This document shows positions 15,639 through 24,134 of a stretch of 64,000 nt of DNA, piece by piece. The notes beneath the pieces were generated by a model that searched no databases, was not told the origin of the DNA, and worked only from the letters and a program-made list of their open reading frames with translations. The first letter of the stretch is position 1. The number at the start of each line of letters is the position of its first letter. This DNA is from a virus. The stretch lies in IMG/VR virus record IMGVR_UViG_3300029931_000011. One strand, given 5' to 3'. The translations under genes and the position numbers were made by a program.

Positions 15639-16143
15639 TCGCCCCGGCGTCATGGTGGTCAACGTCGCCACCGGCGAGACCCGTCCGCGCGCGCGGAAGG
15701 GTCCGCTCAAGCACGGTCTCTCGCGGACGCCCGAGTACCGCGCGTGGCAGACGATGCGGCACCGGTGCACCCGGCCGACAAGCCCAAGCTGGCCCGACTA
15801 CGGCGGACGCGGCATCACCGTCGCCGCCGAGTGGCTCAATGACCCACGAGCCTTCATCGCCCACATCGGGCCGCGCCCATCTCCGAAGCATGAGGTCGAC
15901 CGCATCGACAACGAGCGGGGCTACGAACCAGGCAATGTTCGATGGGTCACGCGCCCGGTCAACGACCGCAACCGACGGAGCAACAACCTCCAGACGTTCA
16001 ACGGCGAGACCCTGACGATCGCCGAGTGGGCGGAACGCACCGGCATCAGCGCCGACACGCTCTACGACCGCATCACCCGGCGAGGTTGGTCAATCGAGAG
16101 GGCACTGACGACTCCGGTGCGCGCAAAGGCGAGGGCGGCGTAG
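15631..16143 (+). CDS. Degenerate-HNH (DRID) nuclease-like protein, paralog P2, with C-terminal HTH
   Basis: Track ORF of 170 aa. Core YGGRGITVAAEWLNDPRAFIAHIGPRPSPKHEVDRIDNERGYEPGNVRWVTRPVNDRNRRSN. Lacks the N-terminal CxCDCG element. HTH-like segment LTIAEWAERTGISADTLYDRI. Confidence 0.7.
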   Translation: MRDRPGVMVVNVATGETRPRARKGPLKHGLSRTPEYRAWQTMRHRCTRPTSPSWPDYGGRGITVAAEWLNDPRAFIAHIGPRPSPKHEVDRIDNERGYEPGNVRWVTRPVNDRNRRSNNLQTFNGETLTIAEWAERTGISADTLYDRITRRGWSIERALTTPVRAKARAA

Positions 16144-16207
16144 CCGCCGCGCAAGTTCCCCGCGCGCTCGGCGCGCTGACGTTTCCAACCCCAGCACACA
16201 GGAACCC

Positions 16208-16576
16208 ATGTCCAACAAGTATTTCAGTGAGATCGTGGCGGGCCTCGCCGAGGGCGACCTCGACGAGCGCGTCACCAAGCGGCTCTCCGAGCTGGCGCAG
16301 AAGGTCGAAGAGACCGGCGGCACCGGGAAGCTCACCCTGACGCTGACGGTCAAGAAACAGAACCGTCAGGTCGTCTTCAAGCCGACTTTCAAGGCGCAAC
16401 TGCCCGAGCCGGCGCTCGACGACACGATGTTCTTCGTCGACGCGAACGGTCAGCTCACGCGCGACGACCCGAAGCAGCTCCGGCTGCCGCGGGTCGCGAA
16501 GGAGGCGCGCGTCGTCTCCCTCGACGGCGGGAAGGCGAAGGACCCCAAGGACTCCAACGACAAGGACGGTGACTGA
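16208..16576 (+). CDS. Hypothetical protein preceding the DUF2303-like gene
   Basis: Track ORF of 122 aa. Clean ATG, and the upstream intergenic gap contains AGGAA. Confidence 0.6.
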   Translation: MSNKYFSEIVAGLAEGDLDERVTKRLSELAQKVEETGGTGKLTLTLTVKKQNRQVVFKPTFKAQLPEPALDDTMFFVDANGQLTRDDPKQLRLPRVAKEARVVSLDGGKAKDPKDSNDKDGD

Positions 16577-16578
16577 CC

Positions 16579-17505
16579 ATGCGTGACGACGAGAACAGCG
16601 AAAACGGCCCCATCCTCTCCAACAACGAGTCGATCCACGCGCTGCGCCAAGGCGTCAGCGTCGAGATGCGCACCTGCGACATCGAGATGGCGAGCAACGA
16701 GGGCAAGGACGTCTCCGTGCCCGTGCGCCTGGTCGAGCGCGGCCCCGGGCAGATCACGGTCGAGGTCATGCGCGACGTGATCGACGAGGCCGAGCGCCAG
16801 TCGGCCGGGCCGCGCCGCCGCGCCGGGACCGTCGAGATCGGCGCACTCGACTCGCTCATCGACTACGTCAACCGCTTCAAGGCGACAGCGGACGACGAGA
16901 CGGTCGCCTTCGCGCCGATCAACCCGCCCGGCGTCACCGTGATCTTCGACTACCACGCGCACGGCGGCGGCGCGCCGGGCTGGTGCGGTGACCGCGCGGT
17001 GTACCGCTGCCCGCTCTCGCGCCAGTGGCAGCTCTGGTGCAAGGCCGAGGGCGTCGGGTACTCGCAACTCCATTTCGGCGAGCTCATCGAGACCAACGAG
17101 GTCGACCTCTACGGCGACGACGAGATCGGCCTCGCGAGCGCCAGCCGGATGCTCGAGACGGCGCGCAACCTCATCATCCGCCAGGCCGGGAAGTACGAGC
17201 GGAAGATCAACCCGACCACGGGCGAGGGAACGCTCGTATCGGTCGAGGAGCACGGCAGCGAGTCGACGAAGATCCCGAAGGCCTTCGGCCTCGCCATCCC
17301 GGTCTTCGAGGGCTCGGACGTGAAGTACCCGGTCGAGTGCCGTCTGCGGTTCTCGATGGTCGAGGGCAAGGTCCCGCAGTTCTCGTTCGTCATGCAGAAC
17401 CGGCAGGACGTGTTCGACAAGGCGCTCACCGAGCTGCGCCAGACCGTCGCCGAGAAGTGCGGCATCCCGGTCTTCGTCGGCAACCCGCCGGCCGCCGCCA
17501 AGTAG
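16579..17505 (+). CDS. DUF2303 (YfdQ-like) prophage protein
   Basis: Track ORF of 308 aa. Size and central segment (...VIFDYHA...W..H.A.Y.CPLS.QW..W...) recall the YfdQ/DUF2303 family. Recognition is by eye only. Confidence 0.5.
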   Translation: MRDDENSENGPILSNNESIHALRQGVSVEMRTCDIEMASNEGKDVSVPVRLVERGPGQITVEVMRDVIDEAERQSAGPRRRAGTVEIGALDSLIDYVNRFKATADDETVAFAPINPPGVTVIFDYHAHGGGAPGWCGDRAVYRCPLSRQWQLWCKAEGVGYSQLHFGELIETNEVDLYGDDEIGLASASRMLETARNLIIRQAGKYERKINPTTGEGTLVSVEEHGSESTKIPKAFGLAIPVFEGSDVKYPVECRLRFSMVEGKVPQFSFVMQNRQDVFDKALTELRQTVAEKCGIPVFVGNPPAAAK

Positions 17506-17645
17506 CTCGAGCTCGACCACGGCGCCCGGAGAGAGCACGCGACATGCCGCCCAGCCTCTACGCGATCTCGAACCGTTACCTCAGGGGAACCCGTGCGAAC
17601 GGGCACCTTGGGCGAAGCCGCACGTGCGTGGAGGCGCGGTAGCGC

Positions 17646-18626
17646 ATGGCGGCAGCGGTCACCCTCTCGGCCGAGTTCTTCGACGACCCATCGTTCGATC
17701 ACCTCGGCGTGCTGCTCGGCATCGACCCCGATCTCGCTCGCATGAAGGTCGCGCGGCTGTGGTCGTGGCAGACCGAGCACTACAGCGAGGAGCGGCCGAC
17801 GTACGTGATCCCGGAGGGGTTCGTGATCGGCAAGCTCGGGGCGAAGGGGCCGGCGGCCATGATCGAAGCCGGTCTCGCCGAGCGCCGCGATGGCGGCCTC
17901 TTCCTGCGCGGCACCGACAAGCTCACGAGCACCGGCGACACGCGCATCGGGTGGCTCGGGTCACGGCGAGCCGACAAGGTCGCCGGCGGCAAGGCGCGGG
18001 CGGCACAGGCAGAGAAGATCGGAAGGGTCGGCGGCCGATTCACCAGCGGCGCACCAGCGGCGCACCAGCATGGCGCTGCTGGTCCAGCGGCGCACCAGCA
18101 GGCACCAGCAGGCACCAGCGGAACACCAGCGGCGACCACCAGCAGCGGCCAGCGGCCACCAGCTATCAGGGATCAGGGATCAGGATCTTCTTCTGGTTCT
18201 ACGCGCGATCCTGGCGTGTACGCCTCCATCGCCGAGCTCGTGACGCTCGCCTATGCGCGCATGGGCGCGGCCAGGGAATCCATCGAGCCCGGCGCGCCTG
18301 CACTCCCACGCCTCAGCGAGCGCCCGCTCGTGGACCGCTTGCGCGCCACGCCGCCGGAACGCCGCGAGCGCGACCTCGTGCACTGCCTCGACGTTCTGAT
18401 CGCCGAGGCGGAGCGCGACCGCTCGGTCAACAACCTCCGCATGGGCTACCTGGGCGGCGACCTCGCCTGGCCCGGACTGCTCTCGAAGACCGTCGCCAGC
18501 GTTCGCGGACGCGACGGCCCCGGCGGTGACCGCTCATCGCGCTCATCACGCCAGCCCACGGGTGCCGCAGCCGGCGCCGACGCCCTCGAGATCCTCCGAC
18601 GCCGCAAACAAGGCCAACCGCCATGA
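17646..18626 (+). CDS. Replication initiator candidate (lambda O-like logic)
   Basis: Track ORF of 326 aa. A low-complexity linker is encoded by an iteron-like repeat array. A loader-like gene follows with a 4-nt overlap. Confidence 0.5.
   Translation: MAAAVTLSAEFFDDPSFDHLGVLLGIDPDLARMKVARLWSWQTEHYSEERPTYVIPEGFVIGKLGAKGPAAMIEAGLAERRDGGLFLRGTDKLTSTGDTRIGWLGSRRADKVAGGKARAAQAEKIGRVGGRFTSGAPAAHQHGAAGPAAHQQAPAGTSGTPAATTSSGQRPPAIRDQGSGSSSGSTRDPGVYASIAELVTLAYARMGAARESIEPGAPALPRLSERPLVDRLRATPPERRERDLVHCLDVLIAEAERDRSVNNLRMGYLGGDLAWPGLLSKTVASVRGRDGPGGDRSSRSSRQPTGAAAGADALEILRRRKQGQPP
18041..18185. repeat. Iteron-like array, candidate origin of replication
   Basis: CACCAGC starts at 18041, 18052, 18063, 18093, 18103, 18113, 18124, 18137 and 18157, mostly 10-11 bp apart. 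One inverted copy (GCTGGT) at 18078-18083. Then ATCAGGG x3 in tandem at 18165-18185. Confidence 0.6.
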
Positions 18627-19201
18627 CCGACGAAGAAGCCGTCAAGATCATCACGCTCGCGCTCGCTGCCCTGCCGCAGCAGTCCGCGCGCATGACCGCG
18701 GACAACATCGCCAACGCAGCGCAGGTCTGGGCCGAGCTGATGCCGGACCACGACCGCGAGGAGGTGTGGTCGGCGGTGAAGCGGCTGCTGGTCACGAGCA
18801 AGTGGCTGCCGACGCCGGCCGAGATCCTCGCCGTGATCGACGCCGCCCGTCATGGCCGCCGCCCCGGCGGCGCCGAGCAGTGGTCGCGGGTGTGCGACGC
18901 GATCGGCGCCGTGGGTCGCTTCCGCCCGGCGCCGGCGTTCCGTGACCCGGTGACAGCGCGCGTGGTCGACGCGCTCGGGTGGCGCGAGTTGTGCGAGTCC
19001 GAGAACCAGGTCGCCGACCGCGCGCGCTTCATCGAGCTCTACGACCGGCTCGCCACCGAGGCCGTCGAGGATCGCGCGGTCGCTGAGGTGCCTGGCATCG
19101 CGCGCCCGGCGCTCACCGGCCCGCGCGGCCGCGTCGGCGAGATGCACCGGCTTGACGTGTCCGCGTTTCCCGGTCTGCCGCCGGCGAAGGAGGGCAACTG
19201 A
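18623..19201 (+). CDS. Possible helicase-loader-like protein
   Basis: Track ORF of 192 aa. The N-terminal part (...AQVWAELMPDHDREEVWSAVKRLLVTSKWLPTPAEILAVI) recalls G39P-type loaders. The assignment is weak. Confidence 0.35.
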   Translation: MTDEEAVKIITLALAALPQQSARMTADNIANAAQVWAELMPDHDREEVWSAVKRLLVTSKWLPTPAEILAVIDAARHGRRPGGAEQWSRVCDAIGAVGRFRPAPAFRDPVTARVVDALGWRELCESENQVADRARFIELYDRLATEAVEDRAVAEVPGIARPALTGPRGRVGEMHRLDVSAFPGLPPAKEGN

Positions 19202-19533
19202 TGGGCGACGACGACGACATCGACGACTCGATGGGCGCCAACCCCGAGCCCGTTCGCGAGGACGCGCGCGCCGACCTCGGCTACCAGGAGACGCTGGCCC
19301 CGCGCTCGAGGAAGCCGCGCGGCGACCGCGCCGGCCGGTGGGTGGTCGAGTTCCGTGAGGGGGCCGAGGAGCCGGCGGCGCCGGCGGCAACGCCGACGTG
19401 CCGCGTGTGCGGTCCGGTGCCGGCGGGGACGATCCTGCACTCGCACGGCGACGACTGCAGGCGGAACGTGTGCGGTCCGTGCCAGGGGAAGCTGAACCGG
19501 CAGCGGATGGGCGGCACTGGAGGTAGCTGGTGA
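19201..19533 (+). CDS. Hypothetical protein with an acidic N-terminus and CxxC motifs
   Basis: Track ORF of 110 aa. Contains CRVCGP...CRRNVCGPC. Confidence 0.5.
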   Translation: MGDDDDIDDSMGANPEPVREDARADLGYQETLAPRSRKPRGDRAGRWVVEFREGAEEPAAPAATPTCRVCGPVPAGTILHSHGDDCRRNVCGPCQGKLNRQRMGGTGGSW

Positions 19534-20364
19534 GCGCCGCGCACGTCGAACGCGGCGACGGCTGGGAGTTGCATCTCGGCGACTGTCTGAACGGTCTCTC
19601 GCTCCTCAACGACAGGAGCGTGACCGTGACGATCACGGATCCGCCGTACGAGGCTGAGGCGCACACCGAGGGCCGGCGCCAACTCGGCAAGGATCGCGCC
19701 GGCACGCACAAGGGAAGCGGCGGTCGATATCGCAAGGTGCTAGAGACGCCGCTGGCCTTCGCGCCGATCGCGAACGTCGATCGCGTGGCTGTTGCTGCAC
19801 AGATCGCGCGCGTCACGCAGCATCGTGCGCTCGCGTTCTGTCAGGCCGAGGCCGTCGCGGACTGGCGCGATGCCTTCAACGCAGGCGGCATCCCGTATCG
19901 ACGGGCGATGCCGTGGGTGAAGCCCGACGCGATGCCGTCGCTCCATGGACGGTGGCCGGGACAGTCGTACGAGTCGATCGTGCTCGCGATGCACCCGTCG
20001 GCGCCGCCGTGCCCGGTGGGGGGGCGCCTCGCGACGCTACGAGTTCACGCGCGACGCGGCGCTCTACCGCCGGCACGGCGAGAAGAAGACCGGCGAGGCC
20101 GCGCCGCACCCGACGATGAAGCCGCTCGACCTGATGCTACAGCTGGTCCTGGACTTCACCGAGCCCGGTGATCTCGTGCTCGACCCGTTCGCGGGCAGCG
20201 GAACCACCGGCGTGGCGTGTCTCTCGCTTGGTCGCCGTTTCGTCGGCTGGGAGATCGACGAGGCGTTCTTCGAGGTCGCGTGTCGTCGGCTCCGTGGCGA
20301 GCGCGCTGTGCCGCGGCCCGAGCAGCCAGACCTGTTCGCATCCACGCCAACGGAGGCCGCATGA
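19530..20364 (+). pseudogene. Beta-class DNA N6-adenine/N4-cytosine methyltransferase, interrupted by a frameshift in a G7 tract
   Basis: Track ORF 19530..20171 carries TITDPPY (motif IV). Track ORF 19945..20364, in the +1 frame, carries HPTMKPLDLMLQLV...LDPFAGSGTTGVA (motif I). The frames switch at GGGGGGG, 20018-20024. Removing one G joins them. Confidence 0.8.
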
Positions 20365-20711
20365 ACCCGTACGCCGACGTCGACGACCTCTTCGCCTGGG
20401 CGGATGCGAACGGCAGCCCGGCGGCCGCCGAGGAGCAGGCGACGAGCGACAAGCGCGACCACGAGGCCCGCTGGCGCCAGTTCCGCGCCGATCACCCCGA
20501 GGCGTGGCCCGCAATCCTCGAGTACCTCCGTGGCGAGCGCGAGCGGGGCGAGCGGCGGCTGTCGATGGCCCGCTGTTGGGAGGTGCTGCGCGGCCGGTTC
20601 GGCAAGGGCGTGAGGTTCGATAATTCGTGGCGCGCCATCGCAGCGCGGGATGTGGCCGCGGCGGACCCTGATCTCGGCGCGCTGATCGAGACGCGCAGGA
20701 GGAAGGCGTGA
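20361..20711 (+). CDS. Hypothetical protein
   Basis: Track ORF 20217..20711 trimmed to Met49, with an ATGA overlap. Confidence 0.55.
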   Translation: MNPYADVDDLFAWADANGSPAAAEEQATSDKRDHEARWRQFRADHPEAWPAILEYLRGERERGERRLSMARCWEVLRGRFGKGVRFDNSWRAIAARDVAAADPDLGALIETRRRKA

Positions 20712-21385
20712 GCGCCGAGCATTGCACCCGATGCCGCGGCGCGATGCTGCCAGAGTGGGGCGGGTATCGCTGGTGCCCGACGTGCCGCGAGGAGGGAGCG
20801 AAGCGCCAGCGCGCCCGCACCAAGACGGCGAAGGGGCGCGCGCTCCACGCGAAGCACTGCGCGACGTGGAGGGGCAAGAACCGCGAGGACTACAACGCCG
20901 GCCGGATGGACGACTACTACGCGCGCCGCGAGCGGAAGCAGTGCATTGCCTGCAGCGAGCCGGCGCTGCCAACGGGGCCGCGGTGTCAGAAGCATCGCGA
21001 CGCGCACGTGCAAGCGCAGCGCGAGTATCGCGCTCGGCGCGCCGGGGGCCAGCAGCGGCTGATCAAGCCGCTGATCAAGCCGCTGCCACGAAAGCGGCCA
21101 GCGAAGATGCCCGCACCGGTTCGGCGCGCGGCCGCGACCGAGCCCGCCCCGCACGAGCAGCTCGAGCTTCCGCTCCGCGTCCGCATCCTGCGCGTCGTCC
21201 GCTTCTATGACGCCGCCACCGGCGAGGACATCCGCGAGCACCTCGGGCTCGGCGATGACGCGCGCGACGCCGTGTCGGCGCACCTCTCGCGCCTGACGAA
21301 GCGCGGGCTCCTCGCCCGCCTCCCCGACCGCAGCCGCGCCGAGGCCGCGTACCGCCTCACCGACGAAGGAAGGAGGGCCGCCTGA
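20708..21385 (+). CDS. Zinc-ribbon plus winged-helix DNA-binding protein
   Basis: Track ORF of 225 aa. Repeated CxxC pairs (CTRCRG...CPTCR; CIACSE...RCQKH). C-terminal segment EDIREHLGLGDDARDAVSAHLSRLTKRGLLARL is MarR-like. Confidence 0.55.
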   Translation: MSAEHCTRCRGAMLPEWGGYRWCPTCREEGAKRQRARTKTAKGRALHAKHCATWRGKNREDYNAGRMDDYYARRERKQCIACSEPALPTGPRCQKHRDAHVQAQREYRARRAGGQQRLIKPLIKPLPRKRPAKMPAPVRRAAATEPAPHEQLELPLRVRILRVVRFYDAATGEDIREHLGLGDDARDAVSAHLSRLTKRGLLARLPDRSRAEAAYRLTDEGRRAA

Positions 21386-21687
21386 TGCGCACGTACAAGC
21401 CGACGGGTCGACCGGTGGGACGACCGAAGGCCCCGCGGAGCTCGACGACGACACCGATCGCCGACTGGCGCCTGGGTGAGCTTTCGCTCCGCGAGGCCGC
21501 CGTGCGCTTCGTCGAGCTGTGCAACGGCGTCGACGCGGCGACCGTCTGCGAGGAGTTCGGCGCCGACACAAGGGAAGGCCAGACGATCCGCGCCGCCCTA
21601 AATGGGGCTGCGAAGAGCGGAGAGCGCATCGTCAAGCACGATGGCGCGTTCTACCCGGCGCGCCGCGCTTCCCGGAGAGCCGCATGA
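21385..21687 (+). CDS. Hypothetical protein
   Basis: Track ORF of 100 aa. One-nt junction with the upstream stop. Confidence 0.5.
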   Translation: MRTYKPTGRPVGRPKAPRSSTTTPIADWRLGELSLREAAVRFVELCNGVDAATVCEEFGADTREGQTIRAALNGAAKSGERIVKHDGAFYPARRASRRAA

Positions 21688-21890
21688 CGCGAACGCTGTC
21701 GATCAACGGCTCGGTGCACATCGAGACCGATGCCGGCCACACCCTGCAGCACGCGGGGAAGGGGAAGCCGCGGCAGCTCATCTGCCATCGCTGCGACGAG
21801 CGGCTCTTCATCGAGGGCGAGACGTTCGACGATCGAGTCGAGCACCTCAGGCAGATCATCGCGGAGCACGGAGGTGCGTCGTGCCCGTGA
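21684..21890 (+). CDS. Hypothetical small protein
   Basis: Track ORF 21519..21890 trimmed to Met56, with an ATGA overlap. Confidence 0.5.
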   Translation: MTRTLSINGSVHIETDAGHTLQHAGKGKPRQLICHRCDERLFIEGETFDDRVEHLRQIIAEHGGASCP

Positions 21891-22195
21891 GGCGAGCTGC
21901 GCGACGAGATGCGAACGAGGACGAGATCGTCCGCGCACTGCGCGCCGCCGGCGCGTCGGTGTGTCTCCTCAGCATGAAGGACGTGCCCGATCTTCTCGTC
22001 GGGTTCCGTGGCGCGAACTTTCTGCTCGAGGTGAAGCAGGAAGGGCGCCGCGGGGCATCCATCAAGAGCATCCACGCCGAGCTCAGTGACGACCAGGCGG
22101 CGTGGCACGAGACCTGGCGCGGTCTCACGCCGGTCGTTGTTCGTAACACAGCCGAGGCGCTCGCCGCCATCGGCGCGACCACAGGAGCACCGTGA
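21887..22195 (+). CDS. VRR-NUC / PD-(D/E)XK nuclease, Holliday-junction-resolvase-like
   Basis: Track ORF 21602..22195 trimmed to GTG at 21887, with a GTGA overlap. EDEIVRALRAAGASV...VPDLLVGFRGANFLLEVK...LSDDQAAW gives the D...ExK motif. Confidence 0.55.
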   Translation: MRRAARRDANEDEIVRALRAAGASVCLLSMKDVPDLLVGFRGANFLLEVKQEGRRGASIKSIHAELSDDQAAWHETWRGLTPVVVRNTAEALAAIGATTGAP

Positions 22196-22488
22196 GCACC
22201 GAAGACCGCGACGTGTACCCCGCCGTCGTCCTCAACCCCGAGGCGATCGGCGAACCCAACCAGACGCCGGAGGTGCAACTCTCGCCGGCGCTGGTCGCCC
22301 TCGCGCGGGGCGAGTCCGCGGAGTCGGGCCCGTGCCGGAAGTGCAAGCGCGACGCACCGCCGAGCGCCGACGCCCTGGCCGCCAAGCTCGCGCGCGAGGA
22401 CACGGGCGGCCCGATCGAATGGCTGTCGTACGAGGAGCAGGAGCGGTGGCGCCGGATCGCGCGGCACGCGCTCGAGGTGATCGGGTGA
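22192..22488 (+). CDS. Hypothetical protein
   Basis: Track ORF of 98 aa. 4-nt overlaps on both sides. Confidence 0.5.
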   Translation: MSTEDRDVYPAVVLNPEAIGEPNQTPEVQLSPALVALARGESAESGPCRKCKRDAPPSADALAAKLAREDTGGPIEWLSYEEQERWRRIARHALEVIG

Positions 22489-23039
22489 GCGCCTCCGACG
22501 ACACCACGCCGACCGTTGAGGTCGTCGACTACTCCGACCTGCGGCCCTGCCCGCCGCTCCCCGGGCCGTTGTACGTCGACGACGAGCGCCTACCGCCGAA
22601 CTTCTGGTCCAAGGTGACGCCCGAGCCGAATACTGGCTGCTGGCTGTGGTTTGCCTGTGGTTCTGCTGATGGGTACGGGCAGTCGTTCGTGACGGGGAGG
22701 CAAGTGTACGCGCACAGGCTGGCGTACATCGTTCTTACCGGTCACGACCCGGGCGCGCTCCAGTTGGACCACCTGTGCCGCACGCGCTGCTGCGTAAACC
22801 CGGCACACCTCGAGCCGGTGACGAACGCCGAAAACTCGCGCCGGGGGCGCATTCGCCAGGTCACGAAGGAACGACACGCGGCCAAGACGCATTGCGTGAA
22901 CGGGCACCCGTTCACCGACGAGAACACCCTCGTCCGCACAGAGCAGGGGCGCTCTGGCGTCTACGGCATCCGACGTTGCCGAGCGTGCAACCGGGAACGG
23001 ATGCGGAAGCTTCGTAAGCTACGAAGGGAGTCGGCATGA
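22485..23039 (+). CDS. HNH endonuclease (canonical), with a borrowed N-terminal segment
   Basis: C-terminal 184 aa of track ORF 22086..23039, from GTG at 22485. Contains GCWLWFACGSADGYGQSF...LQLDHLCRTRCCVNPAHLEPVTNAEN plus CVNGH...CRAC. The N-terminal VVDYSDLRPCPPLPGP duplicates the N-terminus of the next gene. Confidence 0.8.
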   Translation: MSASDDTTPTVEVVDYSDLRPCPPLPGPLYVDDERLPPNFWSKVTPEPNTGCWLWFACGSADGYGQSFVTGRQVYAHRLAYIVLTGHDPGALQLDHLCRTRCCVNPAHLEPVTNAENSRRGRIRQVTKERHAAKTHCVNGHPFTDENTLVRTEQGRSGVYGIRRCRACNRERMRKLRKLRRESA

Positions 23040-23113
23040 GGGACGAATTTCAAGACGAGGGGCTCGTTGTCGACATTTCCGATCTTCGACCATGCCCATT
23101 CCTGCCTGGACCC
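22569..23113 (+). mobile_element. Putative HNH cassette (HNH core plus a replacement 5' end of the downstream gene)
   Basis: Bounded by two copies of the VVD(Y/I)SDLRPCP(P/F)LPGP coding segment, at 22521-22568 and 23066-23113, 545 bp apart. In the second copy 9 of 16 codons end in A/T; in the first, 0 of 16. Confidence 0.5.
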
Positions 23114-23485
23114 TTCCCGGAACGCTGCACCGCTCGCTGCGTGTGCTGTGACGACCGCATGGAGGTGTTCATCGACCAGCGTGTGAGCCTGGATGCCGAC
23201 AGCACCGGCGACACCGCCCGGCTCGTGCCCGCGATCCCCGTCGACCAGCACGCTCGGTTGCTCGCGATGTCGGCGAGCGCGGTGGGCCGCGATGGCGTCG
23301 GCGGGTGGCTGCTCATCCCGGATCCGAAGCGGGGCATCGAATGGGTGTGCCGCGAGTGCGCGAAGGTGGCGATCGACTTCACTGCCGACGAGGTGCAGAA
23401 GGCCGTCGCGATGTGGCTGCGGTGGTCGCGGATCGAGGTGGAGGACAGGACGGCGGGCGCGCCGAGGCGTTGGGGGCGGCGATGA
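23036..23485 (+). CDS. Hypothetical Cys-rich protein
   Basis: Track ORF of 149 aa. The first ~35 codons are AT3-rich and the rest are GC3-rich. Confidence 0.6.
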   Translation: MRDEFQDEGLVVDISDLRPCPFLPGPFPERCTARCVCCDDRMEVFIDQRVSLDADSTGDTARLVPAIPVDQHARLLAMSASAVGRDGVGGWLLIPDPKRGIEWVCRECAKVAIDFTADEVQKAVAMWLRWSRIEVEDRTAGAPRRWGRR

Positions 23486-23736
23486 AGTACAGCGAGCGCG
23501 ACCGCGACCTCGCAGCGAAGGTGTGCTCGATCGCGGCCTGCGGCGAGGCCGGTGGCGAGCACCAGTGCTACCAGTTCATCGCCGAGGAGATCTGCGACAC
23601 AGCCCGCCACTCGAAGCGCGTGGCGACCTTGGCGCTCAAAGCATGGGCCGAGGTCCCGGACAACGTCGTCGAGTTGAACATGGCCGAACACGACGCGTGG
23701 GCTGAGGCGATGCTGCGAACGGGATGGGAGCCATGA
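23482..23736 (+). CDS. Hypothetical protein
   Basis: Track ORF 23305..23736 trimmed to Met60, with an ATGA overlap. Confidence 0.5.
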   Translation: MKYSERDRDLAAKVCSIAACGEAGGEHQCYQFIAEEICDTARHSKRVATLALKAWAEVPDNVVELNMAEHDAWAEAMLRTGWEP

Positions 23737-24134
23737 ACCCGATCCCTCTCACCGGTCCCGACGGCACGGTCTACTGCTTCGCCTGCTCGACGTGCGGCAA
23801 GCCGTGGTCGTCCATCGATCTGGTCTACGTGCCGTCGCCGGTCGAGCGCGCGGAGCACATCGCCCGCTATCGCGACGAATCGCGCTGGCGCGCCGAGAGG
23901 TGCTGCCACTGCATGGACTGCGGCGACCCGCTCGTTCCGACGGAGGCGGATGCCGACGGGATGGTCTCGCTCTGGTCGAAGTCGATGTGCAGGCGCTGCA
24001 TCGCGAAGGCCGAGGAGAAGCGTCGCTGGAATCGGTTCGGGTGGGCATGGGGTCAGATCGCCGACGCCATCGCGCGCGGCATCACGACGGAAGCCGAGTG
24101 GAATGCTCAGTTCCCAGAGGAGGAGGACGAATGA
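23733..24134 (+). CDS. Hypothetical zinc-ribbon protein
   Basis: Track ORF 23724..24134 trimmed to Met4, with an ATGA overlap. Contains CFACSTCG...CCHCMDCG...CRRC. Confidence 0.55.
   Translation: MNPIPLTGPDGTVYCFACSTCGKPWSSIDLVYVPSPVERAEHIARYRDESRWRAERCCHCMDCGDPLVPTEADADGMVSLWSKSMCRRCIAKAEEKRRWNRFGWAWGQIADAIARGITTEAEWNAQFPEEEDE

Noticed and set aside
3865-16143. Flanking partial gene duplications around nuclease-like paralogs P1 (3865..4599) and P2 (15631..16143), like those seen for P3, P4 and the HNH gene.
   Set aside because: I found no convincing similarity between their flanks and neighbouring gene ends. Both simply overlap their neighbours by 8 nt, so I claim no insertion scar for them.
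16162-16176. GCGCGC-TCG-GCGCGC hairpin after nuclease-like gene P2, as a terminator.
   Set aside because: The stem is short (6 bp) and no U-tract follows it (tgacgtttcc). Self-complementary GC strings are common in this composition.
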